DNA of 64,000 nucleotides from Macrostomum lignano (Eukaryota): NCBI GenBank assembly GCA_002269645.1, contig NIVC01000041.1, positions 496,001 to 560,000 of the forward strand, read 5' to 3'. Shown piece by piece: positions 29,806 to 42,465 of this stretch (position 1 is its first letter; each line of letters starts with the position of its first letter). The notes under the pieces were generated by a model. It saw only the letters and a program-made list of their open reading frames with translations, ran no database searches and was not told where the DNA came from. The position numbers and the translations under genes were made by a program.

Positions 29806-31841
29806 ATGTCTTCGACTTCAAATTCTGTTGTAGTGGCGCTTCTTCCATCTGATATTGATCGACTTATTCTTGGTAAATTTTTTTCTTCAAATTTATAGCG
29901 TTTTGCCATAATTTGCGTCCATCTACCATAGGTTTATTTTTAGGAAAAACGATGAATTCTTCGAAAGACTAAATCACTATATTTCCATAGCATTGTCATA
30001 GTCATTGGGAACAGTTGTTTTCCATGCATAATTGTTTACAATTTTCTTCAATTTGTACCAAATTTACTAAAATTACACACCATGTCTATAAACACTGGCT
30101 AGGTTTTATCATGTAGTATAGGGGCTTAGTATCAGGCTAATCTATATCTATAATCTTAGCAAAATATAAAGTATACAAATAATATTAATAATAGTTAAAT
30201 AATTATGCCTACATTATATTTCAATGGCAATGTCAATGAAATTAAATATTAGAAAAAAAACTCTGACTAAAATGGTATGAGACTTCTAATAGGTATCCAG
30301 ATAGTCTAGCAATAGGACAATCTAGCAACAGTTAAAATAATAATAATCAATCCAGCAATAAGTTATAGTAAAATGGAATACTTATAGGCATGGCTATAAT
30401 CATCAATATAAAAGATGTGTTCTGTAAGTGTAAGGCTCCCGTAAGCAAATAGTGGCTTAATTGATATATCAATTGCCTTATGATTGCATATAGCAACATT
30501 TGAATACTAAGTGGTCAAAGTTTTTTTAATTTGAAATGTTTTTAACGAACAGAAATTTTTGTATCTTGAACTCTTCAAGTTTTTTAATTAAAATAAAATA
30601 ATAAAGTAAATAAATTTTTTAATAAGAGTAACATTAAATCTTAAAATGCTGCCAGAATTATATATGTAGCTATATCTATAAGTATTTGAACTTTGAACCT
30701 AAATTTTTTTATAAAATTTTATATAAGAAATTTGCCACATTTTTGTTCATGCTCTTTAGTTATTGCTAGATTTTCATTTATTCTCAAGTTGCTTAATTAT
30801 GCATTTAGTAAGGCTATAATAATGTTTAACTCATGACAAAGTATGATCAATATATATAAAAAAATATTTCTTTTACAGTAGCTACATATATTGTAGCTGC
30901 ACTTTAGGACTTAGTGTTACTCTTAAAATTAAATTAAATTAAATTTAAAACAAAATTCAAATTAAAAAAAAACTCTGACCATTTGGGATTTAAACATTTT
31001 CATGCAATCACAAGGCAATTAACTTAATACTAAGCCACTAAGACTAACAACCTCAACTCTTGAAAACTTACACTAATTAAAAGTGCAATGTTTGACAGCA
31101 AGCATTTCCCCCCAAAGTAAATATATCACTTATTCCTTGTTGCAAAATATCTTTAATGTCTTTTTTCATTTAAATACCAATTTGTATAGTCTTAGGCCCA
31201 GGCTTTGAAATTATGGGTAAAATGGATACCACAAAGTATGAACCTGACATCCAAATCAAATGTTTCCTGTAAGCTTATTCAACAACAAGAACCATAAAAT
31301 TACACTTAAATATGTATTGATGCAATGTGTATGCAGGAATGTTGAATTAAAATATCTAACTATAGACTCCGTCTATGAGCTGAGTTATGCTTTTGTATAC
31401 ATGCAATACTTATTTCATACATATCTTCTATATTGCACAGGTTACCTCAGTGACGTCAAGTACAATGCGACCCACAGCAGCCTGCTTCAAGAATCGCCAT
31501 TCCTTTACGAATACTCTTATTTAACCCAGATGGGCGTCGCCTGCCCAACCACCACCTGCGAGGGCCTCACTCTAATTGACATTTTAACCGAATATTTCAA
31601 TGAGAAACGTCGGCAAAGAAAAATTGCAAAACGCACTTTGACGGCTAATGGCCGGCTTTCCATTGCCAGGGAGCAGCTGCAGGCAACGAAGCAGCAGCAG
31701 CAGCAGCAGCAGCAGAGCGGCTCCGACTTGAGTTCAGACAGCGGTGTTCAGCCAGCAGCTTTGCTCAGCAGTACAGCTGCTGTTGCATTGCAACTTTCTG
31801 CTTCTAATATTAATCAGCGCAATTTAAATTTGCAGCAGCAA

Positions 31842-31879
<38 letters not shown>

Positions 31880-34800
31880 GCAGCAGCAATCACCGACCAT
31901 TCTAGTTTTAACTAATCAGCATTCATCCTCTTCAGTTACTAACGGAGCTGCAGCTGTAGGACAGGCCTTGACAACAGTTGCTATGACAACTGAGGCTACT
32001 GTTGAGACTACTAGTTTGAACTCTGGCCCAGTCAATCAGATTGCTTCTCAAGAGTCTGCAACTGGAATTGGCGAATTTCAACAAATGGTTGTGGATGATG
32101 CGGCAGATTCGGCCACTGTTGCTATGCCGTTGCCAGGCGAATCGGCATCAGCTGATACTGGGGAGGCTTCTGCCGACTCAGCAGCCTGCGCGGCCGCATC
32201 TTCACAGTCTTCGGCGCAAAAAAAGAAAAGGTAAGCAGGCAGTGATGGATAGTTCCTCACGTGTTGTCGCTAGTGACTCCAGACCAACCCTTTAAAAACT
32301 TAACCGTGACAAAAATCGCTGAAGAGTCAAGAGAAAAATCGCGAGTTGTAGAATCGTAGATCAAGAGTCGATGTGTAAGCGCTTAACTTTCTATTGAGCG
32401 CAATATAGTTGTTATGAATTCGAAATGCGATTCTTCTTCATACAGTGACGCAGTCAATTATTATCTGTTTTTTTATGTGTTACCCGAAACGACTCTAAGG
32501 CAATGCAAGTGACTATGGGACGCTTCTTGACCTAGGTACCGTTTTCAACTGTGCAACAATATCTGTTTAACTCGCACAACTTTTTTCATACATTGCAGCC
32601 GTCCTCGCAAAGTAGTCACAGCTCCTGAACAGACTGGTCAGGTACAGGATAGTCGGGTAAGTTAGACTCAGATCTGTTGTCCAATAAATTCCACTTATTG
32701 ATTATAGAATTATTTGTCATTATTATTGTTATTATTCAGAAGCTGATCGACAGAATCCTGATGTCGCCCGACAAATTCGCCGACTCGTGGGAGCGCGCTG
32801 TCAGCAGTAAAAAGCTGGATACGGACACTGAGAAGCTTAGGCAGTTTCTGGATAGCGTAAGTCTTGCACACATCGTCAGGTTTAAACTAGCAGCTTCCTG
32901 GGTCTTCAGGTCTAAGCTAGCAGCTTCCTGAGTCTCCAGGTATAAGCTAGCAGCTTCCTAAGTCTTCAGGTATAAGCTAGCAGCTTCCTGAGTCTTCAGG
33001 TATAAGCTAGCAGCTTCCTGAGTCTTCAGGTATAAGCTAGCAGCTTCCTGAGTCTTCCGGTATAAGCTAGCAGCTTCCTGAGTCTTCAGGTATAAGCTAG
33101 CAGCTTCCTGAGTCTTCAGGTATAAGCTAGCAGCTTCCTGAGTCTTCAGGTATAAGCTAGCAGCTTCCTGAGTCTTCAGGTATAAGCTAGCAGCTTCCTG
33201 AGTCTTCAGGTATAAGCTAGCAGCTTCCTGAGTCTTCCGGTATAAGCTAGCAGCTTCCTGAGTCTTCAGGTATAAGCTAGCAGCTTCCTGAGTCTTCCGG
33301 TATAAGCTAGAAGCTTCCTGAGTCTTCAGGTATAAGCTAGCAGCTTCCTGAGTCTTCCGGTATAAGCTAGAAGCTTCCTAAATATTCAGGTCTAAGCTAG
33401 CAGCTTCCTAAATATTCAGGTCTAAGCTAGCAGCTTCCTAAATATTCAGGTCTAAGCTAGCAGCTTCCTAAATATTCAGGTCTAAGCTAGCAGCTTCCTA
33501 AATATTCAGGTGTAAGCTAGCAGCTCCCTGACCTGCCTTATCCAAAAGCTTCTCAGATAGACGCAGCTAAATCTTACCCTACAAATGTGTTTGAGAGTTA
33601 CAATGGCTAAATATATAAAGGCCAATACATTAATAACGAGAATTACTCCGCCGCTTCTCAGGAACAGAACGAACAGCGAGACGAACTGGCCGACATATTT
33701 CTGACCGCCTTCTTGACAGACGAAGGCAACAACACGCTTCTTGGCGTGGATTTGTCAAATCCGATCCAACCAACTGGCGAGCCGGACGCTGGCGCTGGCA
33801 GGCTTGAACAGCGCAATCAGTCGCTGGCCGACAGTGGCGCTGATGAGGCGAATGTAGTGTGCGACTCCGAGCACATTGAATCAATATTCGCCGAGATGAC
33901 CAGTCCGTTTCTGACGCCCAATAAACTTCCGCTGGCAAACGCCTTCAGTTCGCCATCGATATCTGTGCCAGTCATTTCCATTGGCGGCAGCAAAGCTGAC
34001 AGTTGCGTTGTGAGTAGCACGCAGGTTACTGTGCCTTGCTGGCAGTCCGCTCCTCTGGCGCAGATGCTGACTAGTTCTATTGCCCTATCTACTGAATGTA
34101 CCACTGTATCTGCCAGTGCCACTACTCTGTCTACTGGTTCTACCGGCGTATCTGCTGCTTCCCCTGCCGTATCTACCAGTTCTACTGCGGTATCAAACCC
34201 TTCCACTGTTCAGTCTGCGGGGTCTACTAAGTCTGCTATCAAGTCTATCAGATTTGCTGTGGCACCTACCGATTCTAAAGTCCTATCTGCTGGTTATACC
34301 GCCGTATCTGCTGGTTCTACCGCCGTATCTGCTGGTTTTACCGCCGTATCTGCTGGTTCTACCGCCGTATCTGCTGGTTCTACCGCCGTATCTGCCGATT
34401 TTACCGCCGTATCTGCTGGTTCTGTCCCGGTATCTGCTGGTTCTACGGCAGGATCTGCTGGTTCTACCGCAGGATCTGCTGGTTCTACCGCAGGATCTGC
34501 TGGTTCTACCGCAGTATCTGCTGGTTCTACCGCAGTATCTACTGGTTCTACCGCAAGATCTGCTGGTTCTACCGCCGTATCTGCTGGTTCTACCGCAGTA
34601 TCTACTGGTTCTACCGCAGGATCTGCTGGTTCTACCGCCGTATCTGCTGCTTCTACCGCCGTACCTGCCGATTTTACCGCCGTACCTGCTGGTTCTACCG
34701 CTAACTCAACTGTTTTCTTTGCTGTTGATTCTCAGTTCGCTGTGGCAGAAAATTTGATCGTAAGTTTGTAAATTTCTTCAGTGTGGGGGGGAGGCGGTAG

Positions 34801-37614
34801 GCAGCCTAGCTGGTCCTGTCAGTGTGGGGGGGGGAGGCGGTAGGCAGCCTAGCTGGCCCTGTCAGTGTGGGGAGGCGGTAGGCAGCCTAGCTGGCCCTGT
34901 CAGTGTGGGGAGGCGGTAGGCAGCCTAGCTGGCCCTGTCAGTGTGGGGAGGCGGTAGGCAGCCTAGCTGGCCCTGTCAGTGTGGGTAGGCGGTAGGTAGT
35001 CTAGCTGGCCCTGTCAGTGTGGGGAGCCGGTAAAATCAGCAAAATTAATTCGCTGGCCACAATAAAAAGAAAGATATTGAACGAGTTCAGCCTATTGGAA
35101 AGTGCATCGCTAACAACACTCCAGGTGGTGCAGCAGCCGCAGTCCGCAGCCGGGCCAGCAAGCACTGGCTACAATCCGGTAGCTAACTGTGACTTAGACG
35201 AGAGTTTCAGCACCCTGGACAGCCTAATAGGCCTCACAGCGGAGGCCACGGTAACCGGCTCGGCTCCTCCGACTACTGTCTCTGCCACCGATACCTCGGC
35301 GCCATCTCCAACTTATTCAAAATCGTCTGTAGCATCCAGTACGAAATCAGCTCGTCGAGGCCGGCGACGCCCGCCGCCTCCGTCTACTGAGTCGGTCCCA
35401 GTTGCTGCAACAATCGCGGCAAATACTCGGCGCCAGAAGAAAGCCGCTCTGCCGTCTTCGCTTCCTTCGCCTCCTCCTTCTTCTTCTTCATCCCGTTCTC
35501 GCCCGGAGGGAATGGGACATGGTTCTACCGCAAGATCTGATGGTTCTACAGCCGTATATGCTGGTTCTACCGCAGTATCTACTGGTTGTACCGACGTATC
35601 TGCCGATTTTACCGCCGTATCTGCTGGTTCTACCGCCGTACCTGCCGATTTTACCGCCGTATCTGCTGCTTCTACTGCCGTACCTGCCGATTTTACCGCC
35701 GTACCTGCTGCTTCTACCGCTAACTCAACTGTTTTCTTTGCTGTTGATTCTCAGTTCGCTGTGGCAGAAAATTTGATCGTAAGTTTGTAAATTTCTTCAG
35801 TGTGGGGGGGAGGCGGTAGGCAGCCTAGCTGGCCCTGTCAGTGTGGGGAGGCGGTAGGCAGCCTAGCTGGCCCTGTCAGTGTGGGTAGGCGGTAGGTAGT
35901 CTAGCTGGCCCTGTCAGTGTGGGGAGCCGGTAAAATCAGCAAAATTAATTCGCTGGCCACAATAAAAAGAAAGATATTGAACGAGTTCAGCCTATTGGAA
36001 AGTGCATCGCTAACAACACTCCAGGTGGTGCAGCAGCCGCAGTCCGCAGCCGGGCCAGCAAGCACTGGCTACAATCCGGTAGCTAACTGTGACTTAGACG
36101 AGAGTTTCAGCACCCTGGACAGCCTAATAGGCCTCACAGCGGAGGCCACGGTAACCGGCTCGGCTCCTCCGACTACTGTCTCTGCCACCGATACCTCGGC
36201 GCCATCTCCAACTTATTCAAAATCGTCTGTAGCATCCAGTACGAAATCAGCTCGTCGAGGCCGGCGACGCCCGCCGCCTCCGTCTACTGAGTCGGTCCCA
36301 GTTGCTGCAACAATCGCGGCAAATACTCGGCGCCAGAAGAAAGCCGCTCTGCCGTCTTCGCTTCCTTCGCCTCCTCCTTCTTCTTCTTCATCCCGTTCTC
36401 GCCCGGAGGGAATGGGACATGGTTCTACCGCAAGATCTGATGGTTCTACAGCCGTATATGCTGGTTCTACCGCAGTATCTACTGGTTGTACCGACGTATC
36501 TGCCGATTTTACCGCCGTATCTGCTGGTTCTACCGCCGTACCTGCCGATTTTACCGCCGTATCTGCTGCTTCTACTGCCGTACCTGCCGATTTTACCGCC
36601 GTACCTGCTGCTTCTACCGCTAACTCAACTGTTTTCTTTGCTGTTGATTCTCAGTTCGCTGTGGCAGAAAATTTGATCGTAAGTTTGTAAATTTCTTCAG
36701 TGTGGGGGGGAGGCGGTAGGCAGCCTAGCTGGCCCTGTCAGTGTGGGGAGGCGGTAGGCAGCCTAGCTGGCCCTGTCAGTGTGGGTAGGCGGTAGGTAGT
36801 CTAGCTGGCCCTGTCATTGTGGGGAGCCGGTAAAATCAGCAAAATTAATTCGCTGGCCACAATAAAAAGAAAGATATTGAACGAGTTCAGCCTATTGGAA
36901 AGTGCATCGCTAACAACACTCCAGGTGGTGCAGCAGCCGCAGTCCGCAGCCGGGCCAGCAAGCACTGGCTACAATCCGGTAGCTAACTGTGACTTAGACG
37001 AGAGTTTCAGCACCCTGGACAGCCTAATAGGCCTCACAGCGGAGGCCACGGTAACCGGCTCGGCTCCTCCGACTACTGTCTCTGCCACCGATACCTCGGC
37101 GCCATCTCCAACTTATTCAAAATCGTCTGTAGAATCCAGTACGAAATCAGCTCGTCGAGGCCGGCGACGCCCGCTCCCTCCGTCTACTGAGTCGGTCCCA
37201 GTTGCTGCAACAATCGCGGCAAATACTCGGCGCCAGAAGAAAGCCGCTCTGCCGTCTTCGCTTCCTTCGCCTCCGTCGCCGCCTTCGCCTCCGTCGTCGC
37301 CGTCTTCATCGCCGCCGCCGTCGCTGATTCATCGGAAACGCGTGAAATCAACTTTGACAACAGGCTTCGTTTGCTCGGTGTGCGGCCAGTCCTACAATGC
37401 TAGAAATCGGCTAGACAGGCACATGAATCTTCACGAGCAGATCAGCGCTATGGCCAGCCAGTCCGCCTCTGCCGCCGCCGCCACCGACGCTGCCGCCAAC
37501 GTCGCCGCCTCGTGCACCAGCAAAGCACCAACTAAGAGACTTTATAAACGGTTGCGAACCGATCTGAAAGCTATGGACATTAATAGTTTTATGAATAGTC
37601 TTTCTTCTCAATGA
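29806..37614 (+). CDS. NPAT: NPAT/Mxc-like histone locus body scaffold protein, multi-exon (~1426 aa with the duplicated exons, ~956 aa without)
   Basis: Exons 29806-29872, 31441-32230, 32599-32656, 32740-32856, 33662-34759, 35074-35778, 35974-36678, 36874-37614 are phase-consistent; the AAG acceptors at 35073/35973/36873 are less certain. N-terminus LLPSDIDRLILGYL...ESPFLYEY...GLTLIDILTEY matches the NPAT LisH region as remembered (MLLPSDVARLVLGYL...GKNLTTILNEY). C-terminus MDINSFMNSL resembles MDVDKFLLSL. CDK consensus TPNK at 33914-33925; AATAAA at ~37623. Confidence 0.8.
32880..33525. repeat. Intronic minisatellite, 30-bp unit
   Basis: Unit TATAAGCTAGCAGCTTCCTGAGTCTTCAGG, starting ~25 nt after the donor at 32857. 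Confidence 0.96.
34285..34700 (+). repeat. Coding 21-bp minisatellite (GSTAVSA)n inside the NPAT-like exon
   Basis: GGTTCTACCGCCGTATCTGCT repeats in frame within the open exon. Confidence 0.9.
34778..35025. repeat. Intronic ~38-bp G-rich minisatellite (shorter copies at ~35797-35925 and ~36697-36825)
   Basis: Unit CAGTGTGGGGAGGCGGTAGGCAGCCTAGCTGGCCCTGT fills most of the intron. Confidence 0.95.
35017..37275 (+). repeat. 900-bp tandem segmental triplication within the NPAT-like gene
   Basis: 35017-35916 and 35917-36816 read identical; a third copy from 36817 matches to ~37275 with a few substitutions. Confidence 0.95.
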
Positions 37615-37789
37615 TTGATTCAAATAAATATTATTGAAGTTCGCAACCGACTTTAATTTATTTATTATTTATTCCGCTTGGATACTGAAGCTTCGTGGAA
37701 TCTTCGCCTTGGTTGAAACGTTAGTATCTGCTACTCGTAGAAGCAAGGAGGATTAAAAGATTGCAAGATCCTTATAATCTACATTCACC

Positions 37790-38830
37790 CAGTCCCCAAG
37801 TCCCCATAATGCAATATCTTCCAGTCCCCAGTCCCCAGATACCAAAATCCAAAATCTCCCAGTCCCCCGATTCCATAATCCAAAATCTCCCAGTCCCCCG
37901 ATCCCATAATCCAAAATATCCAGTCCCCCGATCCCATAATCCAAAATCTCCCAGTCCCCTGATCCCATAATCCAAAATATCCAGTCCCCCGATCCCAAAA
38001 TCCAAAATATCCAGTCCCCCGATCCCACATAATCCAAAATATCCAGTCCCCCGATCCCATAATCCAAAATATCCAGTCCCCCGATCCCATAATCCAAAAT
38101 ATCCAGTCCCCCGATCCCACATAATCCAAAATATCAAAATAAGTCCTCAGATTTTCATAATTAAAAATCTCCCAGTTCCCAGATCCCACAATCCAAAATC
38201 CCCAGCCCTCGCCCCTCAATTCCCACATAATCTGAAATCTCCCAGTTCCCCATAATCCAAAATATCCAGTCCCCCGATCCCATAATCCAAAATATCCAGT
38301 CCCCCGATCCCATAATCCAAAATATCCAGTCCCCCGATCCCATAATCCAAAATATCCAGTCCCCCGATCCCATAATCCAAAATATCCAGTCCCCCGATCC
38401 CACATAATCCAAAATATCAAAATAAGTCCTCAGATTTTCATAATTAAAAATCTCCCAGTTCCCAGATCCCACAATCCAAAATCCCCAGCCCTCGCCCCTC
38501 AATTCCCACATAATCTGAAATCTCCCAGTTCCCCATAATCCAAAATCTCCCAGTCCCCCGATCCCATAATCCAAAATATTCAGTCCCCCGATTCCATAAT
38601 CCAAAATATCCAGTCCCCGATCCCATAATCCAAAATATCCAGTCCCCCGATTCCATAATCCAAAATCTCCCAGTCCCCCGATCCCATAATCCAAAATATC
38701 CAGTCCCCCGATCCCACATATCCAAAATATCAAAATAAGTCCTCAGATTTTCATAATTAAAAATCTCCCAGTTCCAGATCCCCATAATAAAAAATCTCCC
38801 AGTTCCCAAATCTCGTATTCCCGGATCCTC
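37790..38830. repeat. 30-bp minisatellite with interspersed repeated spacer blocks
   Basis: Unit CCGATCCCATAATCCAAAATATCCAGTCCC; the block AAATAAGTCCTCAGATTTTCATAATTAAAAATCTCCCAG recurs three times. Confidence 0.95.
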
Positions 38831-40879
38831 AAAACGATCCCATACTAACAAATCGCAGTTATTTTCAGAGCCCAGTGTCCTAACATTCTCTTTTTGATTC
38901 CATAATTTCCGTAATTATTGTCATTGACTTTTGCTTGAAAAGGCTAGTACGCTATTAGATTGGCAGGTCTTATTACAGATTCCACAAGTACTCAGTTCGA
39001 CTGTACTCCTGCATGCACGTACAGTTCTAGCCACCAAGTAAGTGTACATTGTGGTTCTGGCTGAAAATCGAAGACCATTTACCAGTAAATGGTTTTTGGT
39101 TAACTATTTCATATTACTGATTTTGCTGTTGCTACAATTGAAAATGATGTTTTTTTACTGCGCGGTTCGCTGCTCTTCTCGTGTTACTTGCATTCTAGCC
39201 CAGTCTGTTAATCATCACGAATAGTTTTTCACTGTAATATATTGAACTGCCTGTTACCAGGTTTGTGCGTATTTTTTTTAAAACAGCTACATTTTGCTAC
39301 ACTACCGGGTATTGATTGTTCGCCTTTTTCTTTATCCGCAGTGTACGATTTACTTGCAGATGTACGTGTAGGTGTGAATTTATTTTTAGAAACACGGTCT
39401 GCGGCATATCGCAACTTACTCTGTGCTTATTTCTGTAAGCTACTAACCGCGGCCAAACCTGTGTGGTGTCTACCAAAAGAGACAAAAACACAGTACGCCG
39501 CATTTAATTTTGCAAGTAAGAATTTGGAACGCGCTCCACTCAGCACGACCCCGCGCTTATTTGCATCTATGCATAAATAATTATACGATCGACAATTTTT
39601 TCGCCACAAAAAAGAAATAATATTTGTTTGCAAAGATTTCCGTAGAAGCTTACTTAAAGTAGAGCAGTAAGAAAACTTCAAAAAACTAAACTTGTTAAAT
39701 TAGTAAAACGGCTTAGTAACTTCTCAATTTCTCAACTTCCTAATCAATCACTAAGCTTGCAACCCCCCTTGTATGATAAAGCAGTAAATAAAAAAAGTTA
39801 AAATGAAGTAGCGCAATTTAAGTGTCCAAAGCCGAGAGTTCTTGATCGCCCAGTAGTTTTTCTCATCGTTTACCGACCGTTGTAGCTCCCGGCAAAAACG
39901 GCGGGAGCACAAAGAAGTTTTAGATAACTCGTATTATATTGTTTGGTTGTGGTTAAGCCGCCGCAGGTTTTCAATGCTCGCCAACAAAAACTAACAAATA
40001 AACAAGAACACTGCATAACACTAGTAAAAATGATTAATAACAGTAAATAATATTACAATAATAGTAAGAACAGCCCTACATCAGGAGAGGCCAAATTCAA
40101 ATGAACGATAAGCTGGCTGGTGTTGGTGCCTGGGCTGGCGGATGTAGGTTAGGAAAAATGCACGGAGCTGCAAAAAAAACAAATTTCAGTCGAACAGAAG
40201 AATGGATTACGCATCCATAGCCCGGGCGTGTGCTCAGCTATTGAGTTTAAAGGGAGATGAACTCTTAGTCCAGGCTGACGGAACAGTGCAATTTAGAGGG
40301 ATTGGTCAAATTCCGTTGTGATTTTACGTATTAATTTAGTTAATAATTTAAATCATGCCACATACTACTACTACTACTATTAATTTTTAAAGTACACGAA
40401 GTTCTACATACTCGTACATATATATTATTGGACTAAACCCGCATATATTTGTTGCCATACGCTAAACCAGTAGACAGACGAAAAAGGGGGGGCGAAGGAA
40501 AATTAGCAACGAAAGCTGACAGAAGAATGAATGAATGAATGAATGCACTGACGACCGATGACTAAAGTGCGAATTCAAGATCATCATACGTTCACTCATT
40601 AAACAATTGTAGAGCGATAATTATTAATGACAAAACAGAGAAACACAAAACATTGGGGCCAGAGGTGGACAGTTATTCATAAAAAATTCAAATATTATAA
40701 ATACAGCTTGTTTACAAAACTGTGTTGCAAGCAAGCAATATTCTGCAAGGTTGAAACCGGCCCTAAAATTTTCCGAGCTTATAGAAAAACCGGTAGATGC
40801 TGAACTGTCGGCTCACTAATAATCAGCTCGGCCGCCTGTAAATGAGAATGGCATAATAATGAGATGGTTGTGGCGGCTT

Positions 40880-41465
40880 CTCAGCAACTGCTAAAGCAAC
40901 AGGGATGGTGCCAACTAATGGAACAGGGGTGGCGCCAACTAAAGCAATAGGGATAGCGCCAACTAATGGAACAGGGATGGCGCCAACTAAAGCAACAGGG
41001 GTGGCGCCAACTAATGGAACAGGGGTGGCGCCAACTAATGGAACAGGGGTGGCGCCAACTAAAGCAACAGGGGTGGCGCCAACTAAAGCAACAGGGATGG
41101 CGCCAACTAAAGCAACAGGGGTGGCGCCAACTAAAGCAACAGGGATGGCGCCAACTAATGGAACAGGGGTGGCGCCAACTAAAGCAACAGGGATGGCGCC
41201 AACTAATGGAACAGGGATGGCGCCAACTAAAGCAACAGGGGTGGCGCCAACTAATGGAACAGGGGTGGCGCCAACTAAAGCAATAGGGATGGCGCCAACT
41301 AATGGAACAGGGGTGGCGCCAACTAAAGCAACAGGGGTGGCGCCAACTAAAGTAACAGGGGTGGCGCCAACTAAAGCAATAGGGATGGCGCCAACTAAAG
41401 CAACAGGGGTGGCGCCAACTAAAGCAACAGGGGTGGCGCCAACTAAAGTAACAGGGGTGGCGCCA
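40880..41465. repeat. 24-bp minisatellite just downstream of the hnRNP gene
   Basis: Unit GGCGCCAACTAA(A/T)G(C/G)AACAGGG(G/A)T. Confidence 0.96.
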
Positions 41466-41511
41466 TTGGCATGTAAAGAAAGCGAAAAGGCACATTAACA
41501 CGTTTATTTAC

Positions 41512-42465
41512 TTAGTTACCTCGCCCGCCGCGGTAGCCGCCAGGGAAGCCGCCTCGACCTACTGGGCCGCCGCCGACCGGGCCGCCACCTCGCGCACCAC
41601 CGTAAGGCTGGAATCGCTGCGGCCCGCCGCCGTAGCCTCCGCCAGGCTTCGATGGTCCACCGCCGTAGCCCTGGCCGCCGTAGGAGCCGAAACCGTCGCC
41701 GTTTTCATAGCCGCCGCCGCCTCCGTAGCCATCGTAGCCAGCTCCGTTGCCGTAGCCGTCTCCATAGCCGTAGCCGACGCCTCCATAGCCCCCATAACCG
41801 CCGCCTCCATAGCCGCCACCGTAGCCGCCTCCATACCCGCCGCCGCCGTAGCCGTAGCCATATCCGCCGGGACCCGGCTGCTGTCTAGATCTAATAATAG
41901 CCATCTGTTCGCGGGAGACAGCCTTTTTACAATCGACTCGTTGACTGCCGCTAATAGCATGCGGCTTGTGCAATATGGCCTTGTCAACGGAGTCCGGATC
42001 GCGATAGGTGACGAATCCAAATCCGCGCGGCTTGCCAGTATCCCTAGAGATGGCAATTTCAACCGCTTGCACTTCGCCGAATTGGCTGAAATAATCGCGC
42101 ACCTGCTCCTCGGTGGTGTCCGGGCCTAAGCCGCCTAGGAACATCTTGTCGGCGCGAGCGTTGCTAGTGTCTCTTGGGGCTTCGGTTCGAGGCATAGCCC
42201 GTTTAGTTTCCACCTCTCGGCCGTCTAGCACGTGCGGCCTGGCAGCTTGAGCAGCGTCAACACCGGACTCATCCGAGAAAGTGACAAAGCCAAAGCCGCG
42301 CGGCCGGCCGGTGCCCCGATCCTTCATTACAACAACATCGGCTAGTTCGCCATATTGTCCAAAATGATGCCGAAGCTCTTCGTCGCTAATATTGGCAGAT
42401 AGGCCGCCAACAAATAGTTTGCGCAATTGTGTACCGTCACTCTGGTTCATGTCATAGTGTGCCAT
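41512..42465 (-). CDS. HNRNPA1: Heterogeneous nuclear ribonucleoprotein A1-like (hnRNP A/B family), 317 aa, single-exon CDS
   Basis: Two RRMs (QLRKLFVGGL...RGFGFVTF...ARPHVLDGREVETKRA; KMFLGGL...RGFGFVTY...VDCKKA) and a Gly/Tyr-rich tail with RGG. AATAAA lies just after the stop. The symbol is family-level; orthology to A1 versus A2/A3 is not resolved. Confidence 0.92.
   Translation of the reverse strand: MAHYDMNQSDGTQLRKLFVGGLSANISDEELRHHFGQYGELADVVVMKDRGTGRPRGFGFVTFSDESGVDAAQAARPHVLDGREVETKRAMPRTEAPRDTSNARADKMFLGGLGPDTTEEQVRDYFSQFGEVQAVEIAISRDTGKPRGFGFVTYRDPDSVDKAILHKPHAISGSQRVDCKKAVSREQMAIIRSRQQPGPGGYGYGYGGGGYGGGYGGGYGGGGYGGYGGVGYGYGDGYGNGAGYDGYGGGGGYENGDGFGSYGGQGYGGGPSKPGGGYGGGPQRFQPYGGARGGGPVGGGPVGRGGFPGGYRGGRGN

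Noticed and set aside
37753-41501. Trp/Gly-rich and VAPTKATG repeat ORFs
   Set aside because: Translations of the 30-bp and 24-bp arrays in several frames, with no splice or start context.
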